Assembly (NCBI GenBank): GCA_030141605.1
Contig: JAQGDQ010000061.1
Location: forward strand, 669,685 to 733,684
Length of the DNA: 64,000 bases
DNA from: Tubiluchus corallicola
Taxonomy: Eukaryota > Animalia > Priapulida
Reading direction: 5' to 3'
Of this stretch, positions 42,901 to 52,709 are shown piece after piece. How positions within the stretch are numbered: the stretch's first letter is position 1; each line of letters opens with the position of its first letter. The translations under genes and the position numbers were made by a program. Under the pieces are notes generated by a model. The model did no database searches. It had not been told where the DNA came from and worked only from the letters and a program-made list of their open reading frames with translations.

Positions 42901-45900
42901 GTCGAGTCCGTCACACGGAAGGTTAAAAGCATCACGGGGCTGCCCCTGGTGGAAAAGTCAGTCGATTCTGGCATGGCTTTCAAGCGCTTCCCACACTTTT
43001 CCGTGACGAGAATTCGACTTATTGGTAAATGAAAGCAACGTGCGTCCGGCGGTGATGTTTTCACTAATATTTCGCATACAGCATGGCTAAAGGCGGTGCG
43101 TGGTCAGCCAAAACGCGAACTGTTTATCAACCATAATTCAGTTCCACATGAGCAAGCTATTTTGGAATTTCGCAGTCGTAGGTTAAACTGCAGACAGCTA
43201 GATTGATGAATTTATTAAGTTTTTCAGACTGAAAGATCAAAGTTCACATTCTTATGGAAGACTGTATGGAAGAATGTGCGATTTGTCTTATAAATTTGAC
43301 ACAATCACTGGCAGCGCAATACAAACTTGGCTGAAGTGTTCATAATCTTAGCAACACGCAACCAATTAGGGAAGTGATAACCGTATTTAAGAATTTTTAA
43401 ATTTGCCAGCTACTTTGCACGGGAAGTTTTTTAAGTTTTTTTCATCAAGCACTTAATTTATCTTATCAGATTTTCTTATCGAAAATCCTCGTTTTTGTTA
43501 AATTTAAATTTGTGTTCTAAATTATTTTGCTATTTTGCAGTTACTCTACACAGTATTTTACCTTTGTTATCGTACATATGATAACGTATAATATTGTTCA
43601 GTGCTCATTTTTATATGCATTAATTGTGCATATCACGACATAGATTTCATAAATTCAAAGTAAGAATTTTCAGTTAAGGATGCTAGGGCTTATTTGCTGT
43701 GAGGGTTAAACATTTTTAAATGCCTGCAGCCTAGTAATATCAACGGTATTACCAACATAATAATTTTGTTCTTACGATTTGTACATTTCATATATATATA
43801 GCCATGTTGTTTTTGTAACTTGGTCTGGCCTTACGAGTGTATAATATGCATAAATGACTAGGTTTTATCTGCATTAAATGTGGGTCAATTTATAACAAAT
43901 TAACGCACTTTATCTCTATCACTAAATAATGTCCGTACATGTTGCTAAAAGAACTTGCCAAGAAGCTAGCCAGGCACTACTTTTGTGACAGAATTTAAAA
44001 CTTATCTTTACAAAGAAGCCACTTCCCTTAATGAAAAATATAACATGGACAAAGTAATGGTTTTTGAGCTGACTTCTAGTGGTTTTTATATACACAAATA
44101 TTACAATTTTAGGCTTTATCTACAACAGTTAACAGCATACAGTGTACAGAGAACGCAGGCGTGTTAACTTTAGCTGGTTTATAGGTAATGTTACCTTATA
44201 ATATTTTTATATTAATTAATCTATATACTAATCCATATGTATTTGCAGGCTGCGTGTTTATTGCTTTTAATTTCTAATTCCTCGTTTGGTAATGTGTATG
44301 TATAGGCCGGCAATAAATGTGTTTATACGTTAGGATTTATGTATGTAAAATATATTTATCCATTTCAATGTTAATGCATTTTATTTTTTAAATATCTAAT
44401 AATTGCTAAAATTTTGTTTAGGGAGTGGGATTAGATGGCCGACTCAAACAGTCATCCCTCTTGGTAACAGTAGATTGCACTAGGGTAACATGACAAAAAA
44501 GTAAGCTAATGCCTGGGTGAGGTTATATATTACACAAGATCATGCCACTCCTTATACACATGTGTAACACACATGTAGCAACATCAGACTAATAATGTAT
44601 GTCACAAGTTCAAAATCAACCCAAGGCAGATCTCAAGATTTAGACAAGTTAGTCCGCTTTCTTGTGGCAAAAGGCAATTTAGTTAGTTTTGTTATGTGCA
44701 GACTAACAAGTTTTGAAAAAAGAGAACTTTTCTTTTTAAAGGTGCTAAATAAATTATTATGAGGAATGAATGTTACAAAGTCTTATCACAACACTATTAA
44801 CTAGAATGAGTGAAAAATGTATACAAGTGAAAACAAATATTAAAATAGTTCTAATAGATTACATACCGATCTGTCTTTTCCACCTACTAACAGCTGCATT
44901 AAGAGACAACACAAAGTTGTTAACAATGCATAGGTGAGTTGTTTATGCAATTATAATCATAAAGCAAAGTTTAGACTATAGCGACTACTGCACTTAAAAT
45001 TTCGAAAATCAATGTTAATGTTTATTATGTGAATTTGCACCAAGCTCTCATTGTATTAGTTAGGCAACTATTTGTGAAAATGAAATTGGGCTATAAATTT
45101 GAATTTGGAAGGTAAGAAAAGTGAAAGTAAGCTACAAACGAATTTTAGAACAGCAAAACTATTAATTTAGAACTGCAAAACCCTTTTCATTTATTTCAAA
45201 ATAAGTTACCAACTTTGGAGACTCCACACACATCAATCCATACCCTATATACGTCTTCACACATACACAAAACATCGTACGAGCAAGCACATGCATGTAC
45301 ATTAACTCATAGGTAACATAATCAATCAAACATCAAATTAGCTTTAATAAATAAAAGGAGCAAAAGGTCTTTAAATACCAACCTTTTGGCATCTGATGGC
45401 ATCACCAGGTAACCACTGAATGGCCACCCCATTTCCTTCGAAACATTCTCTAATGTTCTGTGTGAACATCATGCGTATATATTTCAAAGGGTACACACAC
45501 AAAGCCGACTGATCGGTCGGGATATCGGTATATTCCAGATCGGGGGTGCGTTGTAAACTCTTCGAGAACACCACAAAGAGCACATCATCTTCAGCAGACA
45601 TATTCAACGAGTAGAACTTGCTAAAACTCTTTGCTAGATCTACTCCTGCTCTGCCCACATAGCCAGCATTGGCAAGGTTATACTCTCCACACTGCAATGG
45701 CACTTCCGTGAAAGACCAATAATTCTTATCCCGCTCACAAATGCGCACAAGTTTTGATATAAATGGACTACTGGAATCAGGCGTGGATGACACCTTCATT
45801 CCTTGCACTGTTAGCAAATAACTAAAACCGTCAGAACTGAAACCGTATTTGTAATGTATAGGATACAACCTACGCACGTCTTTATTGAATATGGAAAGAG

Positions 45901-46582
45901 ATGATTTAGAAGATATACCCGTGTAAATGAGCTCAAATAATGAGTCGGGCTCAAGGGACCGACTGCTAACTTGTGGAACTAATTCTCGATAATCAACCTT
46001 CGGTTCAGACCCAGTTGAAGTATAACTGGTACCTACCACAAGCACCTGATTAGTTTTTTGAGGAGAAAATGTACTTGAGGGACCAGGTGCAATAAATGCA
46101 ACTGTTGACGCTGTTTTATTGTTGGCAGCGATATAGTACCATTCATCACCCTCTTTTGGGTACAGTTTTTCTGATATATTTCGTAAGCTGCGAACTTCAC
46201 ATACACCTTGGAATAAAGTACCACACACTAAGAGGCGATCTCTTTCCTTGTCTATCACAAGAACTTTGTTGTAGTTATCTGTGGGCACTCTAACCTTATC
46301 ACACGGTCCCTTTCCAGGACACTCAGCGTTGTCAGAGTGCGGACCGGTCTCGATGGACAACCTTTTCCGCAAATTTTCACTGAGTTCAAAAAGCCGATTC
46401 TTCGCACCAATAAACAGTCGCCCATTGGTCGTGTCTTGGGCCATGTGACTGAATTCATGGGTTTCATCCGAAAAGGAGTTCACAATTACATCGGCCTGAC
46501 ACTGCCGAATGAGAAACGAAAGGACAATCAGCAGTGCCATCCAGTGAAGGATTAGATAATCTTTTGTGATCATCCTCATCAT
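3784..46582 (-). CDS. PlexA: Plexin-A (semaphorin receptor), complete 33-exon CDS span, ~1951 aa
   Basis: All 32 introns GT-AG with compatible phases; Sema, PSI ([15 protein letters not shown]), IPT (GPxxGGT), TM, RasGAP ([17 protein letters not shown]; [13 protein letters not shown]), RBD; A-class hallmarks [29 protein letters not shown] and C-terminus [27 protein letters not shown]; no VTDL PDZ tail. Confidence 0.93.
4631..4866 (-). mobile_element. tRNA(Gly)-derived SINE with (TTA)n tail
   Basis: Minus strand: GTAGCTCAATAG (A box) ... TGCCACCCGGGAGGTCTCGTGTTCAACTCCCGACC (resembles the tRNA-Gly GCC 3' half, B box), ~170 nt body, ATTATTATTATT tail. Confidence 0.65.
5291..5366 (-). CDS. PlexA: Plexin-A coding exon 32
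   Basis: [25 protein letters not shown]; AG/GT boundaries, 76 nt. Confidence 0.92.
6239..6451 (-). CDS. PlexA: Plexin-A coding exon 31 (GAP C2)
   Basis: [21 protein letters not shown]...KLLYAKDIP; 213 nt. Confidence 0.95.
7150..7319 (-). CDS. PlexA: Plexin-A coding exon 30
   Basis: [11 protein letters not shown]...[13 protein letters not shown]...HTWKSN; 170 nt. Confidence 0.95.
7487..7913. mobile_element. MITE, copy 1 (imperfect ~25-bp TIRs; right end GAGTG|TA, Tc1/mariner-like)
   Basis: ACATTCATATCTCGGTTTGACGGAC ... GTCCGGCAAGCGGAGATATGAGTGT are imperfect inverted repeats; ends shared with the copy at 12439-12592. Confidence 0.6.
7988..8080 (-). CDS. PlexA: Plexin-A coding exon 29
   Basis: [31 protein letters not shown]; 93 nt. 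Confidence 0.93.
8566..8687 (-). CDS. PlexA: Plexin-A coding exon 28
   Basis: VLPENVS...[11 protein letters not shown]...VKYWHL; 122 nt. Confidence 0.88.
9223..9432 (-). CDS. PlexA: Plexin-A coding exon 27 (RBD)
   Basis: [16 protein letters not shown]...[14 protein letters not shown]; 210 nt. Confidence 0.93.
9970..10132 (-). CDS. PlexA: Plexin-A coding exon 26 (RBD)
   Basis: TVYVS...[28 protein letters not shown]; 163 nt. Confidence 0.94.
10744..10890 (-). CDS. PlexA: Plexin-A coding exon 25
   Basis: [11 protein letters not shown]...[24 protein letters not shown]; 147 nt. Confidence 0.94.
11090..11395. repeat. Degenerate tandem repeat (TCTTCTTGATACAAA..GAATATGAAAC-like units)
   Basis: Recurrent CTTCTTGA/TACAAA/TGAAAC motifs at ~35-50 nt spacing. 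Confidence 0.5.
11618..11762 (-). CDS. PlexA: Plexin-A coding exon 24 (GAP catalytic RR)
   Basis: [48 protein letters not shown]; 145 nt. Confidence 0.95.
12075..12265 (-). CDS. PlexA: Plexin-A coding exon 23
   Basis: [34 protein letters not shown]...[17 protein letters not shown]; 191 nt. Confidence 0.94.
12439..12592. mobile_element. MITE, copy 2 (shorter member of the 7487-7913 family)
   Basis: TIR GTCTCGGTCTGCCAGACAAA / TTTGTCTGGCAAACCAAGGC; shared internal ATCGGAAGAA and ATACGGACA.TCAG.AAATTCGGA..CTCCC.GCTTTTGTC; right end AAGTG|TA. Confidence 0.6.
12613..12752 (-). CDS. PlexA: Plexin-A coding exon 22
   Basis: [47 protein letters not shown]; 140 nt. Confidence 0.93.
13001..13120. repeat. 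59-bp tandem duplication
   Basis: TACACTCATTAATGTAA.CA.TTT.AGCCATAGTTCATTCAAAATTG present twice. Confidence 0.85.
13278..13521 (-). CDS. PlexA: Plexin-A coding exon 21 (transmembrane + juxtamembrane coiled coil)
   Basis: IGYLDY...[33 protein letters not shown]...[11 protein letters not shown]; 244 nt. Confidence 0.95.
13845..14018 (-). CDS. PlexA: Plexin-A coding exon 20 (IPT)
   Basis: [27 protein letters not shown]...LPEVV; 174 nt. Confidence 0.88.
14523..14681 (-). CDS. PlexA: Plexin-A coding exon 19
   Basis: [10 protein letters not shown]...FILYPDP...YKSDYLAIS; 159 nt. Confidence 0.9.
15177..15254 (-). CDS. PlexA: Plexin-A coding exon 18
   Basis: [26 protein letters not shown]|GTAAGT; 78 nt (a second donor lies 29 nt further on, see findings). 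Confidence 0.8.
15889..15982 (-). CDS. PlexA: Plexin-A coding exon 17
   Basis: [22 protein letters not shown]; 94 nt. Confidence 0.9.
16669..16839 (-). CDS. PlexA: Plexin-A coding exon 16
   Basis: AECVTS...MRFDNAVR...[17 protein letters not shown]; 171 nt. Confidence 0.9.
16992..17337. repeat. Diverged tandem duplication (~200 bp and ~145 bp copies)
   Basis: TTCAGTCAGC...AAAAGACA.CTGCTTACAGTTTTTGTA...TTAAAGCAA.GGCAGTTGTAA...TCGTGAA present twice. Confidence 0.8.
17573..17718 (-). CDS. PlexA: Plexin-A coding exon 15 (IPT)
   Basis: [31 protein letters not shown]; 146 nt. Confidence 0.93.
18158..18269 (-). CDS. PlexA: Plexin-A coding exon 14
   Basis: IVCKTKAT...SPFKFV; 112 nt. Confidence 0.88.
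18331..18530. repeat. ~28-30-bp minisatellite (AAGTGACAATGTGACACATTCTCT.C.CAC)
   Basis: At least four adjacent units beginning AAGTGAC plus two diverged units. Confidence 0.8.
18694..18845 (-). CDS. PlexA: Plexin-A coding exon 13 (IPT)
   Basis: [22 protein letters not shown]; 152 nt. Confidence 0.93.
19100..19275 (-). CDS. PlexA: Plexin-A coding exon 12 (PSI)
   Basis: [25 protein letters not shown]...CPNPTI; 176 nt. Confidence 0.93.
19818..19920 (-). CDS. PlexA: Plexin-A coding exon 11
   Basis: FEYNRP...LDNPKNIK; 103 nt. Confidence 0.9.
20586..20714 (-). CDS. PlexA: Plexin-A coding exon 10
   Basis: [26 protein letters not shown]...IKC; 129 nt. Confidence 0.88.
20831..20956 (-). CDS. PlexA: Plexin-A coding exon 9
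   Basis: [28 protein letters not shown]; 126 nt. Confidence 0.9.
21296..21542. repeat. 125-bp tandem duplication spanning the exon 8 donor
   Basis: 21296-21417 is a close copy of 21421-21542. Confidence 0.9.
21529..21643 (-). CDS. PlexA: Plexin-A coding exon 8 (PSI)
   Basis: [23 protein letters not shown]; 115 nt. Confidence 0.93.
22422..22515 (-). CDS. PlexA: Plexin-A coding exon 7
   Basis: [30 protein letters not shown]; 94 nt. Confidence 0.9.
23095..23281 (-). CDS. PlexA: Plexin-A coding exon 6
   Basis: [19 protein letters not shown]...VKCRTP; 187 nt. Confidence 0.9.
23828..23957 (-). CDS. PlexA: Plexin-A coding exon 5
   Basis: CSPSSEC...[23 protein letters not shown]; 130 nt. Confidence 0.9.
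25128..25228 (-). CDS. PlexA: Plexin-A coding exon 4 (PSI 1)
   Basis: [33 protein letters not shown]; 101 nt. Confidence 0.94.
27360..27410. repeat. Alternating purine-pyrimidine (CA/CG) tract
   Basis: ACACACACGCACGCAGCGCGCGCGCGTGCGCACGCACGCACACACACACAT. Confidence 0.85.
27546..27674 (-). CDS. PlexA: Plexin-A coding exon 3 (end of Sema)
   Basis: [43 protein letters not shown]; 129 nt. Confidence 0.9.
33932..33983. repeat. (GA)26 microsatellite preceded by a polypurine tract
   Basis: Read directly. Confidence 0.95.
38465..38656 (-). CDS. PlexA: Plexin-A coding exon 2 (Sema)
   Basis: [18 protein letters not shown]...LTSV...[14 protein letters not shown]; 192 nt. Confidence 0.93.
38910..39020 (-). 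pseudogene. Degenerate 5S rRNA-derived sequence (SINE3 head or 5S pseudogene)
   Basis: Minus strand CCAAAGTTAAACAAC...TGGATGGGTGACCGTCAGGAA matches the 5S A-box and C-box region. Confidence 0.55.
39629..39770. mobile_element. Short non-autonomous element (AAAAGTCACA direct repeats with inverted TGTGACTTTT copies; Helentron/DINE-like)
   Basis: GGTAAAAAAGTCACA-like unit x3, CCTAACC, then TGTGACTTTTTT and TGTGACTG; family assignment is tentative. Confidence 0.4.
39929..39981. repeat. (AAT)n microsatellite
   Basis: Read directly. Confidence 0.9.
40418..40588 (+). mobile_element. tRNA-derived SINE with (ATT/AAT)n tail
   Basis: A box TAGTCTAGTGGT (40429-40440), B box GTTCGATAC (40477-40485), short body, AATAAA and trinucleotide tail. 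Confidence 0.6.
45383..46582 (-). CDS. PlexA: Plexin-A coding exon 1 (signal peptide + most of Sema domain), 1200 nt
   Basis: 403-aa ORF with hydrophobic signal peptide, [55 protein letters not shown]; donor AAG|GTTGGT; acceptor at 46606-46607 implies upstream non-coding exon(s). Confidence 0.95.
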
Positions 46583-47964
46583 TGCGCATTTCTTAATTTT
46601 TTTATCTAAAACAAATACAGAAAATTAATAAATCATAAGTTTACATACAGTAGTACCAAGTAAATCTCGTTTGTCAGTAATTCAAATTCAGAAACAGCTA
46701 CATGACATATATCTGTTATTCAAACAAAAACACAATAATAGCAGTGTTAAAGTGTCATTTCATCGCAGAAAATTGAAATTTTGCACAACTGCATAAAATA
46801 ACTGTTTTAACACAAATAATGATGGCTTTGGTTTAAAATGAAAAATTGATCTCAACTGGCTAAGCTGTTGACAGACATGACAGTTTACTAAACTAAAGTA
46901 GGACTATTGATGTGATGACAATATTACCCACTTGTAAATATATATATATATATATGTGCACTAATAAAACTGCTATCGGATAGAAGACTTAAGTAACAAA
47001 ACCAGTGACAGTCAGTGAAGATAATGCTGAGCACTTATATTCCAGATGGCTGCACAGCTTGACAAAGTCAAAGAAACGCCTCATAACATACGACTAGCTG
47101 TGGAATCGAACACACAACTGTACAGATGGAAAGCAGTGCGTCATGGATTAGATTAATCTATTCCCGGAAACATTCTCGCGTTTTTACTGTACGTAGTGTG
47201 ATTTCAACTGACGTTGCTGAAGGCAATAATATCAGATTTACAATTTTTTATTCTTTTTACTGTCAAAGTGGGTTGAGCCGAGGCAGTAAAGCTGCTTCAA
47301 TCTAAACGTGCTCGCATTTTATGAGGTGCAACATCAAATACTACAAAAAGGCTCGGCCTATGCCGCTGGAATGCGGGAAAACTTGTCTGCTTGCGAGACA
47401 TTGTAAACAGATCACTCCAACGCATATCCTGTATACATGAGCATCACATGACTTAGAGCAAAAATTAATGAATTTACAAAACATTACAGAACACTGCTGA
47501 CTGTAAGGTAACAGAGAAGGAAGCTTAAAGCCGTATTTATATCTCAGACATGCTAAATAAACAAGAATAATAAAAGCGCTTTCTCTTGGTAGATTTTAGA
47601 AGTATTATATAAGCACTAAGCAGGCGTCGTTTTTATAGGGGTAGACACTAGTACAGTATAGTTTACTTCTTTTAGTAAATAAGCTGTTATAACATAGACA
47701 CATACATATAATTACATACATGTATCCCTACATAAAAGTTCTCCTTTAAACAAGACAAAATCAATACTCTTATTATTGACGTTTAGGCTACAACCCATAA
47801 AGGTTCTGGGTTCGAATGCTGGATGATTAAATTTTTCAGAGCCTTCCTTCTACCTTTGACTGTTGATTATATGTCGCTTTGGAAGCGAATCTTTGGTTGC
47901 CATTTCAGTCTCAGGAAAAACCTTTCCAGTTTTATAATTTATTTCACATTAATTTATAAATTGC

Positions 47965-48600
47965 CTAAGCCTGAGCAAGCACAATTCGAAATTAGCTGGT
48001 CTACTTCTAAATGTGCGTGACAAAACTAAGCCAACTATTGATTAGGCCTACTGATATCAGCAACAGCAAACGCGAATATCAACAGGTTTCTACGGCTAAA
48101 TGTTACTACTATCTCCTCTCTCGGGAGTCGACAAGCACATCATCTGCCCACAGAAGAAATTTTATCCAATTCACAGTGGTCAAGTTCCTCAGCTGTACAC
48201 ATGGCATATCCATAGGGGGCTAGCATGGGGCAGAGGAAGTGGAACACTGACAAAACCACCAGCCATACGTCTACGCAGCAATCTGTCCACCACGAGTTCA
48301 GATCAATAATAGACATGTCTAACTGTATATACAGACCCAGATACCCAGCGCGACTCTGACCGATATCTGTCAAACCAAACTGGCGGCTCTCAAAAAGAAA
48401 ACCCTCACTCAAACACTTCAACATGCCAAGCAAAAATATACAAAACAGGCAAATTCGTAGCCAAACATCATGGCCGATTCGGTTCTTTCCATTCCACACT
48501 TGGTGGAGACTAGAGCACCAATTTTGTCAAGATTGCAAGCAGCAAGTATGTGCATAACAAAATTATGAGGTCAACCAATTGTAACCAGACAAAACTTTCC
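47965..48600 (+). pseudogene. Highly degenerate piggyBac transposase C-terminal fragment
   Basis: Ordered, frameshifted remnants of family motifs: KPE (47967), KC(G)VD..L.QL (48009), QVFY-like (48083), LL.RE...HRRNFIQ (48149), CQDCKQQVC cysteine-rich domain (48525). Confidence 0.5.
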
Positions 48601-50869
48601 TCCACAATTTTTATTTTCAAATTACGGATGCCATAGTAAATACAAATGATGGATGACAGGCACTGATCTGTTTGAGGATTTAGTTCCTTGCTGTCATTAA
48701 TGGCACACAGTGGTAGGCACAACCTTCGTATTAATCAAAGCTATATAATTTTACTGTTTACATTTACTCACGCATAAAATGTATATATTTATTTTTGTAC
48801 CTAATAAATATTAATAATAATAATAAATCTACTAACCAATCTAGGTATTATAATCGTATAACGATTATTATGAGGCATTATTATGTAGCAACGTTCCACC
48901 ACTCACAACTGAACACATGAAAATTAACCTAGAAAAATTACCCAAAATTGGAATATTTGCCCCCGCGTAGAAGGCAAAGGAGAAAGACAGTGATTTGTAA
49001 CCTGCCACCCACAGTAAGTTCAAAGTAAACTCCAATGCATTCTCAAACCATTATCACCTATGTGCGACCGATTATGCTGTGTACTTTTTTGCAGATTTGC
49101 ATGCTAAATTATTACCCTTTCGCGGAACTAATCTTCGCATTTTCATGGAGGAATATAAATTGAGACACCACGTCGACAAAATTGGTATGTTTCAAAAAAG
49201 AGAATCGACTTTTGATGAAAAGAAGAACCGGTCTTATATGGCAAAATTGCCACAAATTGCCATACAGTGAACTAACAATTACTGGGCTATACAGTGCCAA
49301 CTGCCAAGCCGGTCATGGAATGCCAAAGGATGAAACCGAATCACCGAAAACGTCATTTCAGCCACTGATTTCCACCCCGCGTTGATTTATGAGCAAGTCG
49401 AATTGGCTCAAATAAAGGATTACAGTTTTAATAACAGTGAGAATAAAATTGATAGCGTTATCAAACTCTCAAGGTCGCTAAAATTACTGGTTTGAACAAG
49501 CAGAAAAATTCGGACAAAGAACTTATATGTGGGTCACCCTTCTCTCTTTTTTGTGGAAAACTGAAAATACACATGTTTTGGTAATCTGAAATATATGCAA
49601 GGATTGATTTAAGCCAGAGGACATTAATTATAGCCCACTGTTGGTTATTACTGGATTTACATAGAAGCAAAGTCAGTTTTACAGCGCTCCATTATAATGC
49701 ATTTAAATACAGTTATTCAAATTTAACACTATAATCTTCGGAAAAAAACTGGGGTCAGGGGCTACAGCAAATACCAACGCCGTGATAATATGAAACAGCT
49801 CGAAACTGAAATTACTCAAGACTGACTCAAGTCAAGAAAGTAGGACAGGTATTTTACACTCTAGTAGCTTTTAAATGGTAAGCACTAAGCACCGGCCAGT
49901 ACATCCGTGTGATCACACTACACGCAAACGTGACATTGATAAACTGAAACAAATCATGATTGATATTTCATGTGATTTAATTAAAGTACAATTACGTCCA
50001 TCATACACATTTTGTAACAGTAACAATAAAAGTACTAATTTCTAAAGCATAAACACTATGCAGGACATACTTGTATAGTGTCATCTATTCCCCGTTTCAG
50101 CTATGAACCAAAAAATGCATATGAAATGCAGAAAAATGCACAACTTTGGCATTCTTTTTACTGAAGCAGTGTTCTTGTCAATTTTGTGGAATGTAATCGA
50201 CAAGCAAAATTTATTTCATGTCCGCGTTTATAACATACAAAACAGTAGATTTGAAGCTAACATTTCCGACAATACACTAAATCAATATTAGCCCAAGAAT
50301 AAATAGATAAAATGCACCCACACAATTTTAAACACTACTGTACCCAAAATTGGTTAATTATATATATGGCTACACAAGTTAACGAATAATGACACCGTGT
50401 TAACCAGCTAGAAAGTTAAGAAGTAGAATACAAAATAACTTCTGTAAAATAAATTGTGCTTCCATCCAATCAAACAACATGGACAACATTGAATAAAGAA
50501 TTAATTTGCTCAGTTTGTTTTTATTTAATCTGGAAATAGATTTAATCAGTTCTAGACTTATAATCTCTCGAAGTACGAATGAACTCATAATCTTAAAAAA
50601 AGGAACTAAATATCTGTGCACACACATGAACATGAAAATTTCGCCATGAAATACGGTAAACAAAATTTTGTAACTAAGTCAGTGCAGTGTACCTCTAATC
50701 AGCAAAATGTAAACATACTAACCACACCTTTATACATCCATATTTAGCCTACGAACAATGTCTTATTTGGTAAAACACGCCAATTTTTACTTTTAATATC
50801 AGAAACTCATTCACAACACAAATGAAATGTCTTCACGTATCAACTTGAATGAGCGCACTAATAAACCAC

Positions 50870-51060
50870 TCGGTTAAGCGAGCAGTAGCACGATAGAATG
50901 CGTAGGGGCAGCGCAACGCCGCAACCGGTTTGTACATGGTATTGTAGCCTCAACATCAGCTGCATTACCAACATGTGTAGAGGGGCTCTGGAGGTTTCAC
51001 CCAGTTTCCGACGCGACGGCTGACGTCACGAGAAACGGAGGCTTTCAACTTGAATTTGTT
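50870..51060. promoter_or_regulatory. CpG-enriched segment with a perfect CRE palindrome TGACGTCA (51021-51028); candidate regulatory element upstream of plexin exon 1
   Basis: Local CpG density in an AT-rich background; motif read directly; function inferred. Confidence 0.25.
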
Positions 51061-51970
51061 AATCTTCACCGAAGCTTTAGGATAACCCAAAAAAGACTAA
51101 CTTTAGGAAATAATTTTAGATTGTCATGTTTTTTGAAATAACCAATTAACGAATGTTTTCGTTACAGTATCTTTATGAGCAAATTGGTCAAACGGTTTAG
51201 ATTGCTTGTATCAGATTACTTACTCTCGTACTCGTGATAATTATTATAATCGTTTAACCCACACTGACGGTCTTTTAGCAAATAGAAATACTTAAAAGTG
51301 TTTTTTAGTGTTGTTCAAAGATTTCAATATCAAAATAAAGTTATTTTTCTTAATAACATGACTTATAAACACTTTAGCGGACAGTTTATAGATGCTGCAC
51401 TGCAATGGAACTTAAGACTGCTTTCATGCCATGAATAATAAAAGTGTCTATAAAGCAGTAAAATGCCTGCTATGCGATTTCAACTTTCAAAACGACTTGA
51501 AGTGAGGTATCTCAGTGCGATAAATTAATCAAACTAGACTACCCCGCCAATATAAAAAATATGACAGAAAGTTGCTGCCAAGTTTTATAATGGCAAACAC
51601 GCGAAATAGGCTTGTATGTCAAACATGTCAAACATTAGTAAGTCACCAGTGAGCCACTACATAACTTGACATTCCAGACTGAATGGCTGTTGCAATACTA
51701 TTGCATAAACTGTGGCTGAGTTATTGCAACGTAAGGCTTAATTGTTTGAGCGACAAACTTGTCAAATTAATCACTGAAGCAGTGCATTTATTAACATCTC
51801 TAGCAATACAAAAATTATTATAGCATAAATCAGTTTTTTAAGATGTTCGACAACGGTTGTTCAATAATACGCAAATTAGCGTGGCTGAGACTATTTTTCA
51901 GTACTTTTGAATTTGATAAGAATGAACGGGAAAACAGGTATCTTGTTGCCTTAGCAGATGTACATCTGAG

Positions 51971-52100
51971 AAAAACGTTTTTAGCACCTACACTGTTGCT
52001 ACCTTGCTTACTCAAATTTGAATGGTTTACACTTGTGAAAAAAACGTTTATAGGACCTATACTGTTGCTACCTTGATTACTCATATTTGAATGGTTTACT
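51971..52100. repeat. ~70-bp tandem duplication
   Basis: AAAAACGTTT.TAG.ACCTA.ACTGTTGCTACCTTG.TTACTCA.ATTTGAATGGTTTAC present twice. Confidence 0.85.
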
Positions 52101-52709
52101 ATCTCCATTTATTCTCGGCAGGATAACCGTGAATCAAAATGTGAAAAATTGACACAGACATCGTCGAAGAAAATGCAATTCCAATTTTCCATTCAATTCC
52201 TTTGTGCAAGCGATTTAAGCAACGATCTTAATCTTGAAGTCCATAGAACAAGTTCGCTGATGTAAAAATTATGCATGCACGGCATGTAATCGCCACGGAT
52301 TCGCAAGCTTACAGCAGCAACTAAATCGAGTTTTGTAAATTTCATACGAGGAATCATGATTTATGAATTTTTCGTCCGTGAACAAGCTGCAACGTGCAGA
52401 CCGGGAAATGAGGATTTGCAACTGCCAGGAATCCGCTTATTGTGTTTCTATACTCAGTGGTTAAGAAGAGCATTTGTTAAAAATTTGCAGTTTTTTCGTC
52501 AACAATCAGCGAGTGAGTGCATATCCAACTCATAGTAGATTCAAAGGAGTGAACACATCAGAAAAGAATTAAATTTTCAGTCTAAAGGTAGTAGACTTAA
52601 CAATACGTACACGGTCCCTCGCAACGCTTTCTGCGGGTTCTGCAGCGTGTTATTAACACAACCTTTCCTTATGTTCGAAACTGGTGTGAGGAAATAAACT
52701 ACTGTCTAG

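Noticed and set aside
25229-45382. Mutually exclusive duplicated exons or a nested host gene in the large introns
   Set aside because: I saw no paralogous exon copies or phase-consistent exon chains; small exons could have been missed by eye.
3784-46582. Plexin-B identity
   Set aside because: No C-terminal VTDL PDZ motif, and juxtamembrane and C-terminal motifs match the A class.
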